Assembly (NCBI GenBank): GCA_001662655.1
Contig: KV460218.1
Source: Pseudogymnoascus verrucosus
Lineage: Eukaryota
DNA: 64,000 nucleotides
Reading direction: 5' to 3' (one strand)
The position numbers and the translations under genes were made by a program. The stretch's first letter is position 1. Each line of letters starts with the position of its first letter. Positions 13,689 through 27,273 of the stretch are shown piece by piece. Under the pieces are notes generated by a model. It searched no databases. It was not told the origin of the DNA and saw only the letters and a list, made by a program, of their open reading frames with translations.

Positions 13689-15160
13689 TCATTCTCTTCC
13701 CTCTCTCCTCCGGATTTCCTGCTCAGGTGTTCGCTCTTCATACCGCCACTCCGCGCCCCTCTGCTGTTGCTGCTGCTGCTGAGGCATAGGCAACGGGTGC
13801 CTGCCCTCAGAGTGAAGTGTGTTCCTCCTCCCGCTCTGCGCTGCCTCGGCATATCCATAACCCTCCGGCGATCGCGGCGCTGATTCGCTATCCTGGAAAC
13901 GTCCGCGCCGCGCCTGGTCCATCGAGCCGCTGCGGTGGGAGTGTGCGCGGCGACGAGCAGGTCCCTGGGAGTAGGGTGGCGAGTGGTGGGGATGCGTCGC
14001 CGGTGGAGGACCTTGGGCCTTTCGCTTCTTCGGAGGAGATGAAGGGCGAGGCGCTTCTGCTGGGAGTTAGCGTGGTGATCAGAGGGAAAACTGCTGGGGG
14101 GTTATTCACCTGATGGCGTAGGTGGCTGAGTGCTCGGCGGCGGTGGCGCCTGAGAGGTTGGTGGCTGCCAGTGGTGAAAGTAGATCCCTGGACTCTGCTG
14201 CGGGGAGGGTTCTGAAGGCTGCGTCTGCGACTGAGACTGGGATTGCGGAACGGACTGCAGGATCTGGACATCGCCTGTGTTTAGGCGCGGGAGGCCTACG
14301 GACTGCGGGGTGCGCGCGAGTGCTGAGGGACCGGGGAGTTGGGTCCGTGAGCGTGGTGGTGAAGCTGGGTAACCCTGCCCTTGACTTTGTGCAAAGGGGG
14401 TTTGTTGCGTGAGAGAAGCGACGGGTGTTGACGGGACTGGAGCGGGAGCTGGGTGTGAGTGTCCATACGGGTGGGAGATTTGTCTATCCTCCCTCCTTAA
14501 CATGGGCGAGGCAGGCTGCGCTGTAGCGAGAGGATTGGTGAGTTGCTGTTGCGGCGGCGGCGGCAACTGCTGGAGCTGCGGCTGTTCCTGCGCCACGTAG
14601 CGCTGCGCCCATTCTAGACCTGCGCTAGGTAGGCTGCCACCGCCCATGCCGGCGAAGACCAATGGAATGAGGTGAGGTGGAATGCCGCCGCTCAGTGAAG
14701 TGCGGAGGATATCGTGCTCGATACGGCGCTGCTCGAGGCGTAGAGACTCCTGGGCCGTTCTCTCCTCCTCCTGGCGCCGTTTGTCCTCCTCCGACTTCGC
14801 CTGTAGCCAGGTTCGCATGGATTCCTCGGCACCATGCCATTGTTGCGGCGGCGAGGGTAGTTGACCAAGCGGCTGCTGTTGCGTCATGGGCTGTGAGGGA
14901 GCTGGCGGCTGTTGGGCCGGCTGGGACTGGGAGGCCTGCGAGGACTGGGAGGGAGGCAGGGCGAGAGCGGCGGGAGGGGGAAGGCCACGGTGCGGTGTAG
15001 ACATCGAGGGAGGAGTGGTGATCCTAGGCGGCGGAGGGTAGGCGGGCCCGGAGGTTATGAGTGCTGGTGAGAAGCGCGACGTGGATGGCGGTGTGGGGGG
15101 GGAGTAGTCATGGAAGGGTTTGAAGGCGTGGTTCGAGGGCGGTTGCAGGGTGAGTAACAT
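13689..15160 (-). CDS. Uncharacterised Pro/Gln-rich protein with coiled coil and NLS; intron 14060..14109
   Basis: 352-aa ORF with WLQAKSEEDKRRQEEERT..LRLEQRRIE coiled coil; GTGAAT..GCTAAC..CAG intron joins it to an exon encoding PKKRKA and ending at the 13689 stop. Confidence 0.72.
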
Positions 15161-18100
15161 GGCGATGGCGCTCTAACGGGACCGGTGTGGTGGGACCATG
15201 GATGTGGAAATGGGAAAAGTTGGATTATAATGATAAATAACTACAGGTGTCTCTCGAAGATGTTTGTGAAGAAGCAGAAGAGGCCGAACAAGCAGCCTTG
15301 GTGGGGGGGGGGAATCAAGTGAAACAGAAAAGAGGGTAGAAGAGAAGTGAAAGAGGTCGAAGGTAAAGTGAGTATAAGGAAGAAGAAAACCTCGGAGTGA
15401 GAAAGGAAGTAGGAGAGAGTGAGAGAGCTAGAAGCTCTGTTGGGGGAAGGAGGGGATTTTATGTAAGCCACAAGGGAAAGGCTGACTGCGGGGCATGTGG
15501 TTGGTGGAGAGGGAGGCCATGTAGGTGCAGTAGTGGGAAAGATAGAAGTGGGAAGTGCCACTCGTGCTCTAAGCAGCTCAGACCAGGACGAAAGTTCCCA
15601 CAGTGGAACAGTAGAGTTACACTGGCACTATGATTACCGTCGTATGCAGAATTTACTTCGGTACAGAGTGTGTGGTAAGCGGAGCAGAAGGAATAAGTTA
15701 AGTTGACGTTAGCAGCCATGGGGGGAGGATGCCGTAACGGGCAGTCATTTCGTGCAGGGCCGGGCCTGAAACGGGAGCTGTAATGAAGGAGGGGTTATGC
15801 GGTGGAAGACATGTGGAGCGCACGTTCAGTATCGAGAATGGAAAATTGAGAATTGAGAACTGACTGAGAATTGAGAACAGGTGGCCCCTGAGACGAACAC
15901 GAGGAACATCAGATTCTGAGAAGACGAGGTGCGACATACGGAGTCTACTCCCGTTGATCACGATCACGATCACTGTGTTCTGGAAGTTTGCAGTGCAATA
16001 TCCCCAGTGCTATATCCCGATGGTCATATTACCTGACACTATATTTCGCATCTGGACGCCGGCGACGTGGACAGGGGGCGATGGATGCGGGCCGGGGAGT
16101 TGAGTACCATGGAGCTTGGACAGCCAGAGATAGAGCGATGCACGGCACGTCCTGGCCTGGAAGAGAGCTATGGAGCAAAAACATGGAGCAAGGGGCAAGC
16201 TATGGAGCTCAAAGGGAAGACAGGAGCGCACCATCCCCTCAAGCTCTCCACCGGAGACGAGATAGGCAAGATGTACACTGCACATTATGCGCCATCTCGA
16301 ACTGTTTATGGACAATTTGGACAATTTGGACAAAGTGTATGAACACCCTGTATGGACTCCATCACAAAGTGGTCCGAGTAGTCCAGCCCTCACTCTAAAA
16401 GGAACACGCGGGAACAGGGCACCCCCACTGTGTGCCGTCCACTGATGAGGTCGCTCCACTCGCCGGGGTCGCGGTCCTTAATCAACGAACCGACAACACA
16501 ACGACAACCCGCCCGATCCCCAGCGCCGATCCTCGGTTTCGTGACGCAGGCGAGCAGCTTGACGCTTGTTCCGTTGTGGATTCTGCCGATCGGGGAGCAC
16601 GAGGATCCGCTGGTGTTTCTGTACGTACAGTGCGCCGAGTAGAGTACAGTAAGAGCTCACCCTCTCATCTTCATGCGCGAGCGAAAGAGTGACCATGTTC
16701 TGGCATGTGTGTGGTGAGGGTTCATGTACCACTGCTCTACGCTACACAGTAACTTTGCAACGTGGGCGGTGGCGACGGTGATTGTGGATGGTCCACGGCT
16801 GTCGGCTGCGCTATTACGGCGCCGTTCCTGTCCTAACTCTCGAAACGAGAGCAAGTATTGAAGCTAAATTTCTGGGCTTGGGTCGTCATCTTCCAGGCCC
16901 TGTCGTTGTTCGTAGTTTCCACAAGTGTCTGGCGGAGGATTGTTGGGCTTGCCCAGTCTCCCAGTCGTGACTTCCACGCCACAAATAGCGAAGTTGGCAG
17001 CATCACTGCAGTAGCCTCAAGTAGCCCCAGTTTGCTGCACGAGCGTAGTCGGGAAGAGGCAGGAGTAGGAGCGGGAGCAGCAACAGCAGCATGGACGACG
17101 CGAGGCGTAGCTGCACCTCGTCACATCAGGAATGCATCGTCGTCGTGGGAGCGAGTGTGGCTTGGGATAGTGCTGAAGCCACGCGGTTAGCATTGCTTGA
17201 AGTGAACTGCTATCAAGACAAATGTTCCACACAATATCCACACAATATCCACGCTGATATCCACTGCAGCTACGGACTCTGACGGGTCACAGGGTTTCTG
17301 AGTTTCTGAGTTTCTGGTCCACTCTATGCCACTGCCCATCACCCATCAACCCACTCCATCTCTCAAGTCTAGACCTCAGTCTCAGCCCAGTTCACATCCC
17401 CAGTCCAGTATAATTCCCATCTAGAAACGTCGCGTCTGTCCGATCTCCTCCTCACCCCACCCCCCACTGCTGATCTCAGCGTCTTGTTCCGAAAGAGATG
17501 AAAGGATGGCACCGGGATGGCAGACATCCCCAGCAAGCCGTGGCACAGACACCCGCACCGCGCACAGGTCATATCCAATCCATCAACAGCAATCAATCCC
17601 AAGCACAGCTCGTCCGATCTGCCGGGATAGAACGACACAGATTGTGACCATGTACTTGAATGTGGCGGTGGGTGAAATTGCAGGGGAACAAGTGCATATC
17701 GCGAATCATTCCCTCGGCCATTCAGCCATTTCTTAGCCCTGCATTTTGGCTAGGAAGGGCCATGGCAAAAATTGCCCAAATTGCTCAAAGCCCTGTGCAA
17801 GAGAACGCCCTAGGGATGCTGGTGTTGCTGTTGTTGTTGTCTAATTTGGGGGGCATCCTGGTACGGGGCCTCGATGGGTCCGGGTGGCTTGTTTCGCATG
17901 GCTGCAGGGGGCTTGAGTCGTCCGTTTGTGGGAATCGTGGTACTGGGGTTCGGTTTTTTGGTGGATCACCCCTCAAAAACTGTAGACAGGCGACTGTTCC
18001 TGTCAACGTTCTCGTCTGAGGCTGGGTAGGATGGTTTGGTATATGAAGCTTATGATGGAATTGTATCCTCTATTTGTGCAGTATAGGAAGTTGACAGCTT

Positions 18101-20224
18101 GTTAATGGCAGCTAGCATCGCTAGGACCAGGCCAAAGCTTCGGCCTAGAGCTCCATCTCTGAGTAACTGGCCGGTTGATTGTAAACCTAAGTGATTGAAC
18201 GGCTTTCCTTGAACAATAGATACTGTAGACGTTGCTGCCCCTCAGAGTTCTGTCTGGAAGCTCGCCGATCTGTACATACTGAGTATAGCTCCTTCGACTT
18301 CCAGCTGTGTGCCGCCTTTCATCCCAACTTGCAAGCGTGCTCCTACCAAAATCCGCCGGCACGCGCCGTCATCTGAGACATCTGGCATTTCTCAAAAGGA
18401 CCACCTTGGTATAATCCTATAGTTCTGCAATCCTGCTAGTTATACATATTCCCTCATTCGTCCTCCCTGAGCACGCATCACATTCCCAATCCTAGCGCCA
18501 CGAGTGCCGCAGCTCGCTGTGTACCGTAACACCGTAGTACTGTTGCCGCCCACGAGCGAGAGTCCCCGATGGTGTACATGGGCGTCTCGAGGCAACCTCT
18601 CGGGATCTTCGCCAGGGCTCAAGTCTGGTAGTGATCGGGGAGCGACCGAGGCGATCAGATCATCCAGCTTCATATCACATCACAAAGCGGCAATCACAGC
18701 AATCACATCACAGGCGGGGCGTGTCTAGGGGCCAAGAGCCGATCTCCATCAAGTACCTGCCCACGGGTTCGGAATCGCTCTTGGCAAGACGAGGGCGAAG
18801 ACACGTCCTTTTTCGAGCTTTATGCATGACCCTCGACACAAATTCGACATCTCGGATAGAGCGGTTTCCACCCTGGTCCCTCCCGATGGATAGAATATGG
18901 CTTGTCTCCCGCGTTTCAGCATGCCGAAAACAAAATGAGAGCACCGCCCAGCGCTCTTTTTTCGGCCGCGTCATGTCTCACGAGAGCGGCCTTGCGTGAA
19001 ATCCATAATTCACGGCATTAAGCTCTCCTTATCGGGGTTTCCTGATGCTAGACTGGTCAGAGCGTGTCAAGGCCCAGAACGGATGGTACGGGCACTTTGC
19101 TTGGTATGGAGTCTGCTCTGGACGAACGGGGTTAGAATCATCGCGGACGAATACCGCGATGACATGCGATGCTGGTATCCGTGGTCGGCGACGGTGATGT
19201 GCGAGAGTAATCTTTCCTCCTCAGCCCACGAAGATCTAGATCTAGAGGTTCCAGTACTAGGATAGTATGTGTGCTGAGCAGCGTCCAGAAGAACACGCTG
19301 CTCTCACTACCAACATCGAGCATCACCGAGATCTCCTGAACTGGCCACCGGTTCCTTCTCGACACATCCAATCGGAACAGATAAACACCATGCCTTACGG
19401 CCGTGTACTTCTCCTGGACTCCAAATCCACTCCCTTGTCCCACTGCCCTACGGACCCCCAAAGGCTACAACATGCTTCTGTCCCCCACATCCATCCCGAA
19501 ACGCCACCCCTCCACATCCCCACACGCGAGCTCCGTTTCACATACATCAGTCACGCCCAACGGATCGAAACCCCTCTCCAGTGTCACACCTGAACTTCTT
19601 CCCCTCCCCGAGGCGAGCGCGAGATGAAGGGCTAGCGCGTTCGCACGGAGCTTGCGGCTGATATGGCGCGACGCCGCGGGACATCCGGTATGTGGCGCGT
19701 GGCCGAATCAAGGAATGCTTGAGAGATTGACGGGGGTAAGATAAACGGTTTGGCACGGTTGGGGTGGTGTCCAGTTTGAGTTTGGATACAAGGGTTCACG
19801 TGATGTGAGATGTTGCATCGCAGATGTGTGTGATTATGCGCCGTGTTCCTGCAGTAGTGTAGAATCTAGTTAACGCGCAGCGGCCATGGGGACAATATCA
19901 TACATAAAGAGAGCGCAATTTGGCAACCGTGACTCCGCATATTCAGGTGCTTGGGTGAGTCTGAAACGAGAAGATGTCTCTGGCGAATCTTAAATAGCGG
20001 ACTATCAATCTTCCGAGATATTGTGTCTTAAAGAGAGCTCCAGACGACACAGAGGACGGGATTTGATATCGTTGGGAGGTGTTGAGGCGTGTTGAGAACC
20101 TCTTGAGAAGGAGATGGGGTGGACATGCCGGGCCTGGATTGTAAGACATATGATTGTGCAGGCAAGATGCCGTAGGAACCTGACCCTGATATGGGGATTT
20201 GCAACATCTCGTTCGATCCTTACT

Positions 20225-20660
20225 CCTGTGAGTGCTTTCCACGATATCCATCAATTTCCGTATGCTCGACTCCTTCTGTGGATGTTGGCGATGTCCCAAG
20301 GGGTAGACACTATAGGAATCCAGGTCTGATTTTGAGGGTTTAGACCTCTCGTTGAACCTTGATCTTTGTAAGTGCTTTCTACAATATTTTCGATTTCTGT
20401 CTCCTTGATCCCTTTTGCAGAAGCTGTCGATGTCCTAAAGGGGTGGGAGACCTCAGGGATTTAGTTCTGATTCTGAGGGTTTAGACCTCCCGTTTGACCT
20501 TTGGTCTTGTGGATATGAAAGCACTGTAGACCTTTTGGGTGTTTTCGCCAATATTTTTCGGTTTTTATATCTTTGACCCGTTTTGCAGGAGCTGTCGGTG
20601 CCATAAGGGGGTGGGAAACCTCGGGCATCCAATTCTGATCCTGAGGGTTTAGACCTGGTG
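20225..20660. repeat. Three degenerate ~140-170 bp direct repeats in an intergenic region
   Basis: CTGAT(T/C)(T/C)TGAGGGTTTAGACCT at ~20326, ~20468 and ~20635, each preceded by a similar GATGTCC..AGGGGT block. Confidence 0.75.
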
Positions 20661-21137
20661 GAGGATGGAGATGGACATTGTTGTCTGCGAGTTGGTCAAA
20701 GGGTGCCAGGTCGATGGGAAGTACGGAATAGGTACTGTATCATTCTGTTACCACTGGGAAGTGAGATATAGAGCTTCACACATTCTATAAATTCATTTCT
20801 CTTGACTATTTCTCTGGTCTTTTATCTTCCTTCTTTTGTTCACCTCTGTCGACTGGACTTGACGTGACTGGAGGTGAATTTGTGAGGCAAAATAACACTG
20901 CTCTATCTAGACACGTTCTTTCCAAACTGGGCAACTGAACCATTGACCACACAACCACAAATCAACAACTCTATCTTGCCTGGTAAGTTAAAGCATCTGC
21001 ATCCTCAACCTCATCGTTCATCTCACGAACTGCACTTTCCAATCCTACTACAACCTATAAAATGTTACAAATGTTACATTTGTTCACTTTGATCCAATTT
21101 CTGCACCGCTCTCAGTGTTGGCCATCTAAGGCAAACA

Positions 21138-23803
21138 ATGCACCCTTTCCTGAGCGACGACACTAGTGTCAAGAGAATTAACGGGAAGCTTTGTCTAGTT
21201 CGCCCCAGCCGTCGCAAAGCGAGAAGCAGTTCATCCTACGACTTGGGACATGTGCTTAGTATCGGCTACGATCTTCTCAGCGAGGTCTTCGACGGCGCCG
21301 CTTTCAGAATGGACAAGGACAAAGCAGATGCTGAGGCCGTCAAGACTTCTGTGCTTCATCATGTACACGAACCAAATCCGATGGCACCTGCGATGCCCCC
21401 TCCCCGGCCAGGAATATACCAGCAAGGTAATCGCCAGCTTGTCTTGCTCCCCAAAGTTCCCACAGGACATGGACCGCCGCCGATGATGCACCAAGGCCAC
21501 TTCGGATACCCACAGCAGCCGTTCATGTATGGCGGCCAGCCACAGATGGTGTCCATGATGGGGAATATGGGATTTGGCGGCTTCAATTCACAGTATGATA
21601 AATCTGCTCCCGCTGCTGCGCCTGTGACTACGCCAACGTCGATCACTGTTACGCGGCACTTGTGCGCAAATTGCGGGAACTTGAGATCGAGAAAGTATCA
21701 AGCCGCACACCCGCTCCAGGCAGGCGATACAGCGCCTGTGTCGTTCTGCAGGAAGTGCGAAAAGGAGTTTAGATCGACTGATTCTGAGGTCGAGGTTGAA
21801 CTTCCACTGAAGAAGAGTAAGAGGCACTATAGAAAGGCGCAGAGGGAGAAGCATATCAAAAAGGTGGTTTATGAGAAGGATCTATTCCCGGCGACCCATA
21901 TTTGCGCCCAGTGCGGCAATCCCAGATCAAGAAAGTACCAAGCGACGCATCCGATCAATGCTGGAGAAACCCCGCCTGTGTCGTATTGTGGAAAGTGCCA
22001 GAAGGAGGTGACATCGAGCGAGGACAGTGCTGGAAGTGAAGGAGAGACGGTGAAATATGTGACCAGGGGGAGAAATACGCATGAGACAGACCGAAAATAT
22101 TACCAAGACCGAAGGATGAAGGTATGTATGAAACCACGAGCTCCGTTACTGTGAGGGCATATTATAGGTTATTCACTAATGCTCTTAAGAATATCTCAAA
22201 GAGCACCAATCAACGCCACTACCGCGATCTAGATGGTGAATCTGGCAGCACTGCATCCAAGGTAACGCCAACCAAGCCACCCTTCTCCAGACTCCTGCGG
22301 GAGCTAATTTCCGGTCAGAAGGTTCGCGCAAGAACCCCCGTGGAGGAATATATTGTCGTCACCGAGAAGTCAAGCGACCAAGTACAGAAGGGGCGCCAAA
22401 GTCAGCGTTATTTCAAAGGAGATGGCGACGAACCGCAACAATCCCCCCTAGTGGCTATTAGGGAACCAATCAGGCGTAGGTCCAGCGAGTTGTTGCCAGC
22501 AGCTGTGCGGAGAACTAGAAGTTCTTCTCGGCGGAGGAGGAGTCGCGGTAAAGCTCAACCACTCTCGGAAAACTATGAATACGATAGTCAGGAATCTTCG
22601 GATCCGGAGGGACTTGCCGAGAAAGCATATATGGATTATCTCAGCGACGGCGCACCTCTTCATGAGAGAGATCGCCCACCAGGGCGCTCGAGACATAGAT
22701 CGCCAAAGGCACAGGTCCACAGAAGAAGAGTATCAACGCAGGCTTTGGAGGATTACATTTCCGAGGATTCCGTGGCCAGATTCCGTGAAGCCGCCTCAAC
22801 CAGACGGAAGGAGCGTGCAAGTTTGCCACCACAAAATGTTCGCAGTGCCCATCCTGGGATTCAAGAAGAGTTGAAGAACCTCAAAGACGACGAGATGCTT
22901 GTTGTCACCGAGCGCTACGACTACCGCCCACAGAAATCCTCATCAGCCGTTGGTGAGCTGAGATATGAACAGGCGGATCGAGGCAGAAAGCCACATCGAG
23001 CTTCACAGAGGCTCATCAGCCAGAATGATGCTGCGGAGTATTTCCCCGAGGAATGGAGTCGGACTAGAAGCCGTACCAGTCGGCACACTAACTATCAGCG
23101 AATTCGACCGCGCGACCTGGACGGTGCAGCTCTACCGAGCGGGCCAGGAAGCTCCGAAGCAAGCGTCGACCAGCAAAGTTATCATGAAGGTTTGCATCAA
23201 GTTATTGAGCACACGTAGACAAACGCTGATATGAAACTAGGCACAGATATTCGACCACTCCTCCCACCAGCACCTACACCTCCGAGCGTCTCGACGGCAA
23301 CCAGTGGAAGCGTGGATACATACAGTTACTCCTCACGCGACACGACCGAGTACCCTCCCTCCAACGAGCCACGTGTTTATCGCCCTTCTCGTCTCCCAGG
23401 CGAGTACCAGCCCAGTTCTGACTCCGGTTCCTCGCTGCAAGCTGCGTCGCCTCCTGTTGCCTCGCCACGGACTTCAAGACAACAACGCTCGCCTATCCGC
23501 ACGAGACGTGGATCCCGCACATACCGCGCGCCGTACGTGCGGGATGCAAATAGTGGAGGAAGTGAAGGGGCGAGAGTCTCGTCGCGTAGCCGGTCGAGAG
23601 AGAGGGTGGTGTTTTACTCTGAGGGAGAGGAGGAGCCGAGCGATTTGACGGCGAATGATCGGATTGACAAGCGACGAGTAGCGTTTGGGCCAAACCAAGT
23701 GAGGACGATTAGTAGAGATTCATTGGCGGCGGAGGGGAGGCGAGAGAGAGAGAGGGAGCGGGAAAGGGAGTTTGGGGTTTCTGGGATGAGATATGGGCAC
23801 TGA
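21138..23803 (+). CDS. Uncharacterised protein with two copies of a CxxC..HP..CxxC motif and an R/S-rich C-terminus; ~3 introns
   Basis: Three consecutive ORFs joined by canonical introns (22122-22189, 22262-22318, ~23190-23240); probable 5'UTR intron 20983-21115. Confidence 0.72.
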
Positions 23804-24237
23804 GAGAGGAAGGGGAATACATGGAGTGAAGAGGTGAATGTCTGACAGATGAAAGATGTGGTAGAATGACAATTGTAACTCTTTAATGCTCCGGGTTTCT
23901 ACGTTGGCAGTTTCCACCATGCAGAAAGAATGACTTCAGCTCGCATGAATAGTAGTTCCCTCGGGCTGGAGATGTCGTTCCTATATTATGACATGAATAA
24001 TCTCTCTTATGTGTGGGCAAGACGCACCCACGAAGACTCTTAAGCCTGTACAAGTATGACCGAACTATGTTACACATTCTTAACTGTTAGTATTTTGTAG
24101 GTTGACCTTACGATGTGGTCTACTGTACAGTCACACTTTTTTTCAAAGGCTAGACTCGAGTCAACGATATAATTTGGTATCAAATTGCAAAACAAGTCTA
24201 AACTCCCATACCCACGCTATGCAAAAACCATTCCCAC

Positions 24238-25362
24238 TCAAGCCTTGCTCTTAATCTCTAATGGCGCCTCTCTGCTGGCCAAGAACTCATTGCTGAAGGG
24301 ATAATCAGTGTACCCCTCTTCTTGCATGGCGTTGTAGAACGTCTTGCGGTTGTACGGCGTCAGCGCTAGTCCCTCGCGGATCCTGAACACTAAATCTGGG
24401 TTCGCGATAAAGTGGCGCCCGAAGACAACGACAAGCTTGAAACCCTCATACTCCTTCACGAGCTCCTTTGCGCTCTCGCCATCGAATCCACCAGCAATCA
24501 ACAATGGCTTCTCCTTACCCCATACCTCGGCCAGGAAGCGGACAGAGTCCCTCTCCTCCTTGGTCCCATCGAATCGGCCCTCGACAAGATGCAGGTAAGC
24601 GAGATCGAACTTCTTAAGCTCATTCACGAAGTACGTGAACTGCTCGGTCGGATCAACAGCGTTCATTCCGTACCCCTTGAAGTAAGGGCTCAATCTGATA
24701 CCGACCCTCTCGGCACCAACAGCCTCAACAACAGCCTTGACGACCGCGATTCCGAAGCGTGAGCGCTTCTCGACGCTCCCTCCCCAGTGGTCGGTGCGCT
24801 GGTTGCTCACTTCCTCCAGGAACTCGTGGGGAAGGTATCCATTCGCGTTGTGGACCTCCACGCCGTCGAAACCGGCCTCGATGGCGTTGCGCGCTGCCTG
24901 CGCATAGTCGCGGATGTACTGCTGGATCTCCTCCTCCGTGAGAGCCTCTGGAAGCGCACCACCGGGCGCCGCGATGGCGCTAGGTGCCTTGACAGTCTGT
25001 CCCTCACTCTCGGCGCCTTCCTTGTCCGCAGTGCGCCCAAGAGCCCACAGTTGGCTGAAGATGATACCCCCACGGGCGTGCACGGCTTCGGTGACAGGCT
25101 TCCAGGCGGCAATCTGGGCGGCGTTGTAGATTCCCGGGGCATGCTTGTAGCCAACAGCGGCAGGAGAGACATACGTCGCTTCGGTGATGAGGAAGGTGCC
25201 GGGAGTAGAGGCGCGCTGGGCATAGTAGGTTGCTGCCATGGGGAGGGGAACATGGGCATCGGTCGCGCGGAAACGGGTGAGGGGCGCGAGGGCGAGGCGG
25301 TGTTGGAGAGTGTGGTTGCCGAGGGAAAGGGGGGCGAAGAGGTTGCTTTGAGTGACTGTCAT
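24238..25362 (-). CDS. Old yellow enzyme family NADH:flavin oxidoreductase
   Basis: LAPLTRFRA, YYAQRAS, ITEAT, AGFDGVEVHNANGYL, GIRLSPY, FGRHFIANPDL, GYTDYP; single intact exon. Confidence 0.93.
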   Translation of the reverse strand: MTVTQSNLFAPLSLGNHTLQHRLALAPLTRFRATDAHVPLPMAATYYAQRASTPGTFLITEATYVSPAAVGYKHAPGIYNAAQIAAWKPVTEAVHARGGIIFSQLWALGRTADKEGAESEGQTVKAPSAIAAPGGALPEALTEEEIQQYIRDYAQAARNAIEAGFDGVEVHNANGYLPHEFLEEVSNQRTDHWGGSVEKRSRFGIAVVKAVVEAVGAERVGIRLSPYFKGYGMNAVDPTEQFTYFVNELKKFDLAYLHLVEGRFDGTKEERDSVRFLAEVWGKEKPLLIAGGFDGESAKELVKEYEGFKLVVVFGRHFIANPDLVFRIREGLALTPYNRKTFYNAMQEEGYTDYPFSNEFLASREAPLEIKSKA

Positions 25363-26448
25363 TGTGGCGGTTTGTAGGGAGTGGATGGGAGAGTCGTTCT
25401 TGGGCGAGTGATGAGCAGGTCAAGGCAAGTTCTTGTTATCTTGTTTTATTTTCTCTATCTTTATTGCCGGCCCAGAGGGGTTCTTATAACCGCCCCTCTC
25501 CCCTCCTCCACTACCCCCCACTAACCCTTCATCGGAGACAACGGTATGTCCGATGGCCATCTTTCCTGATGCTTAATCAGCTTTCTTCACCATTGACTTA
25601 CCAATCCAGGACGGCATTTGCGCCAGAAACCCACCGAAACAGCGATCGAACACGGCTCGTAGGGTGCACGCAATTTCTGGATGTCGCCAATGAAATTTCT
25701 GCATTTCTCGCCCACACCTCGGCTCGTTCCTGGATCGCAGTTTTGTACTTCGCGGCTAGTCGATCTTTAGTGTGCATCTACGTCTTTTTGTTCGGGCCGT
25801 TGCACCCGAAAGGGTTAGGTGTATACGCGCTTATCAATCAGCCTTTTTTCGTAATATCAATCTGGGATTGAGACGAGAGTTTTACCTGATTACTGATTCT
25901 AATATTCTAATACGAATAACAATAGGCAGCAGTTGGTGATGCCGATGGATGACGACTTTTTCGTCTAGGATCCTTGGGGAACAGAGTGGTAAGCTCTTCA
26001 TGCATAATACTAGCCTTACCTAACGTTGGGAGAGAACTCATCCTGATACCCCCATCGCAGCCGGCGACCTGACCGAAGGTCACCCTCTCGACATCCCAAA
26101 CCTGAGAATCTAGTCCCCTTATATTATCTTCAGCATCACGAGAACCGTGATCAAGTGTTCGGCGAACAATGCGGCGACAACAGACACCATATTTAATAAT
26201 ATGTGGATGAGTGATTGTAGGGTCCATAATATGCTTCGATTTTCTTAGAAGTAATCTGGCCTCCATGAGACTCTGGCTCGTCGCATGCAACGAATAGTGG
26301 CCTCAAAGAACAATATATGGCCTGAACTAAATTTGGGTACTACCCTGCATATATATCACGAAACTCAAACGCACGCTCACAAGATACTCACTGTCCACAT
26401 GGGCCACTCTCATGCCACCACACCCTCGCGAGCACTATCCTCAACCTC

Positions 26449-27273
26449 CTAACTCGCCCCTACCCCTCCCCCAAATCGAAACTTTCCGGGCCTGACCCTT
26501 GCCGCCACCCCAACTGCAACCAAGGCCGCCGCACCCCCCAAGAAACCCAATTTCAATCCCAACACGTCCCCTCCAGTCTCCGTCAGTGCCGCCGCTGCCA
26601 CCGTAATCAACATCAGCAGCAGCAGTACATACCCGCTCGCACGATGCCATCTATACACCCTCTTTGCCTTCTCCACGCCACCGTAAAGCCCTGGGACAAA
26701 GAACTGTGTCACGCCGACTAGGGCCTGGAGCAGGATCAAGATGTAAGTCGTGAGCCCGAGACGGCCATGCGCAGAGGTGAAGTGATTAACGCCGTGATCG
26801 AACTTGTTGTATTCTATGACCGAAAAGGCCGCTACAAAGGCCAAACTTGCCGCGCCGAGGAGGGCAGCATGGACGTGAGTCCCTGATATCTTTTGGGAGG
26901 CTGTGTGGGTCGGCTGGAGGATAATGACGGCTTGGGTGACGAGGGCGACGGCGGAAATGTTGAGGAGTGGATGGTAAGAGAAGAGGGAAAATGGGTAGTT
27001 GAAGATGGCATAGACGATGAGGACGATGAGGGCGATGATCCCGGCTTGGGATATGAGGGCTGTCCCTGGGAAGGTTTTAGTGGATGCAGGATCGGAAAGC
27101 AAGGAAGACATACCGAGAATCAGATTCCACCCCAATGGCCTCCCTTCCCGCTGAGATGCAGCTCCCCGACGGCCAAGGAGCGGTTCATCCTCCGCGAGTC
27201 CCTCGGTGGGAACCGGATCGCGGCGCGCGATCTCGTCCGGTGTAAGTTGTGGAATGCCAGTCGCCGACGCCAT
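26449..27273 (-). CDS. Cytochrome b561-domain membrane protein; in-frame intron 27066..27113
   Basis: FSYHPLL, H..LLG, HFTSAHGRLGL, YRWHRASGY heme-ligand His pattern with multiple TM helices. Confidence 0.85.
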   Translation of the reverse strand: MASATGIPQLTPDEIARRDPVPTEGLAEDEPLLGRRGAASQREGRPLGWNLILGMSSLLSDPASTKTFPGTALISQAGIIALIVLIVYAIFNYPFSLFSYHPLLNISAVALVTQAVIILQPTHTASQKISGTHVHAALLGAASLAFVAAFSVIEYNKFDHGVNHFTSAHGRLGLTTYILILLQALVGVTQFFVPGLYGGVEKAKRVYRWHRASGYVLLLLMLITVAAAALTETGGDVLGLKLGFLGGAAALVAVGVAARVRPGKFRFGGGVGAS

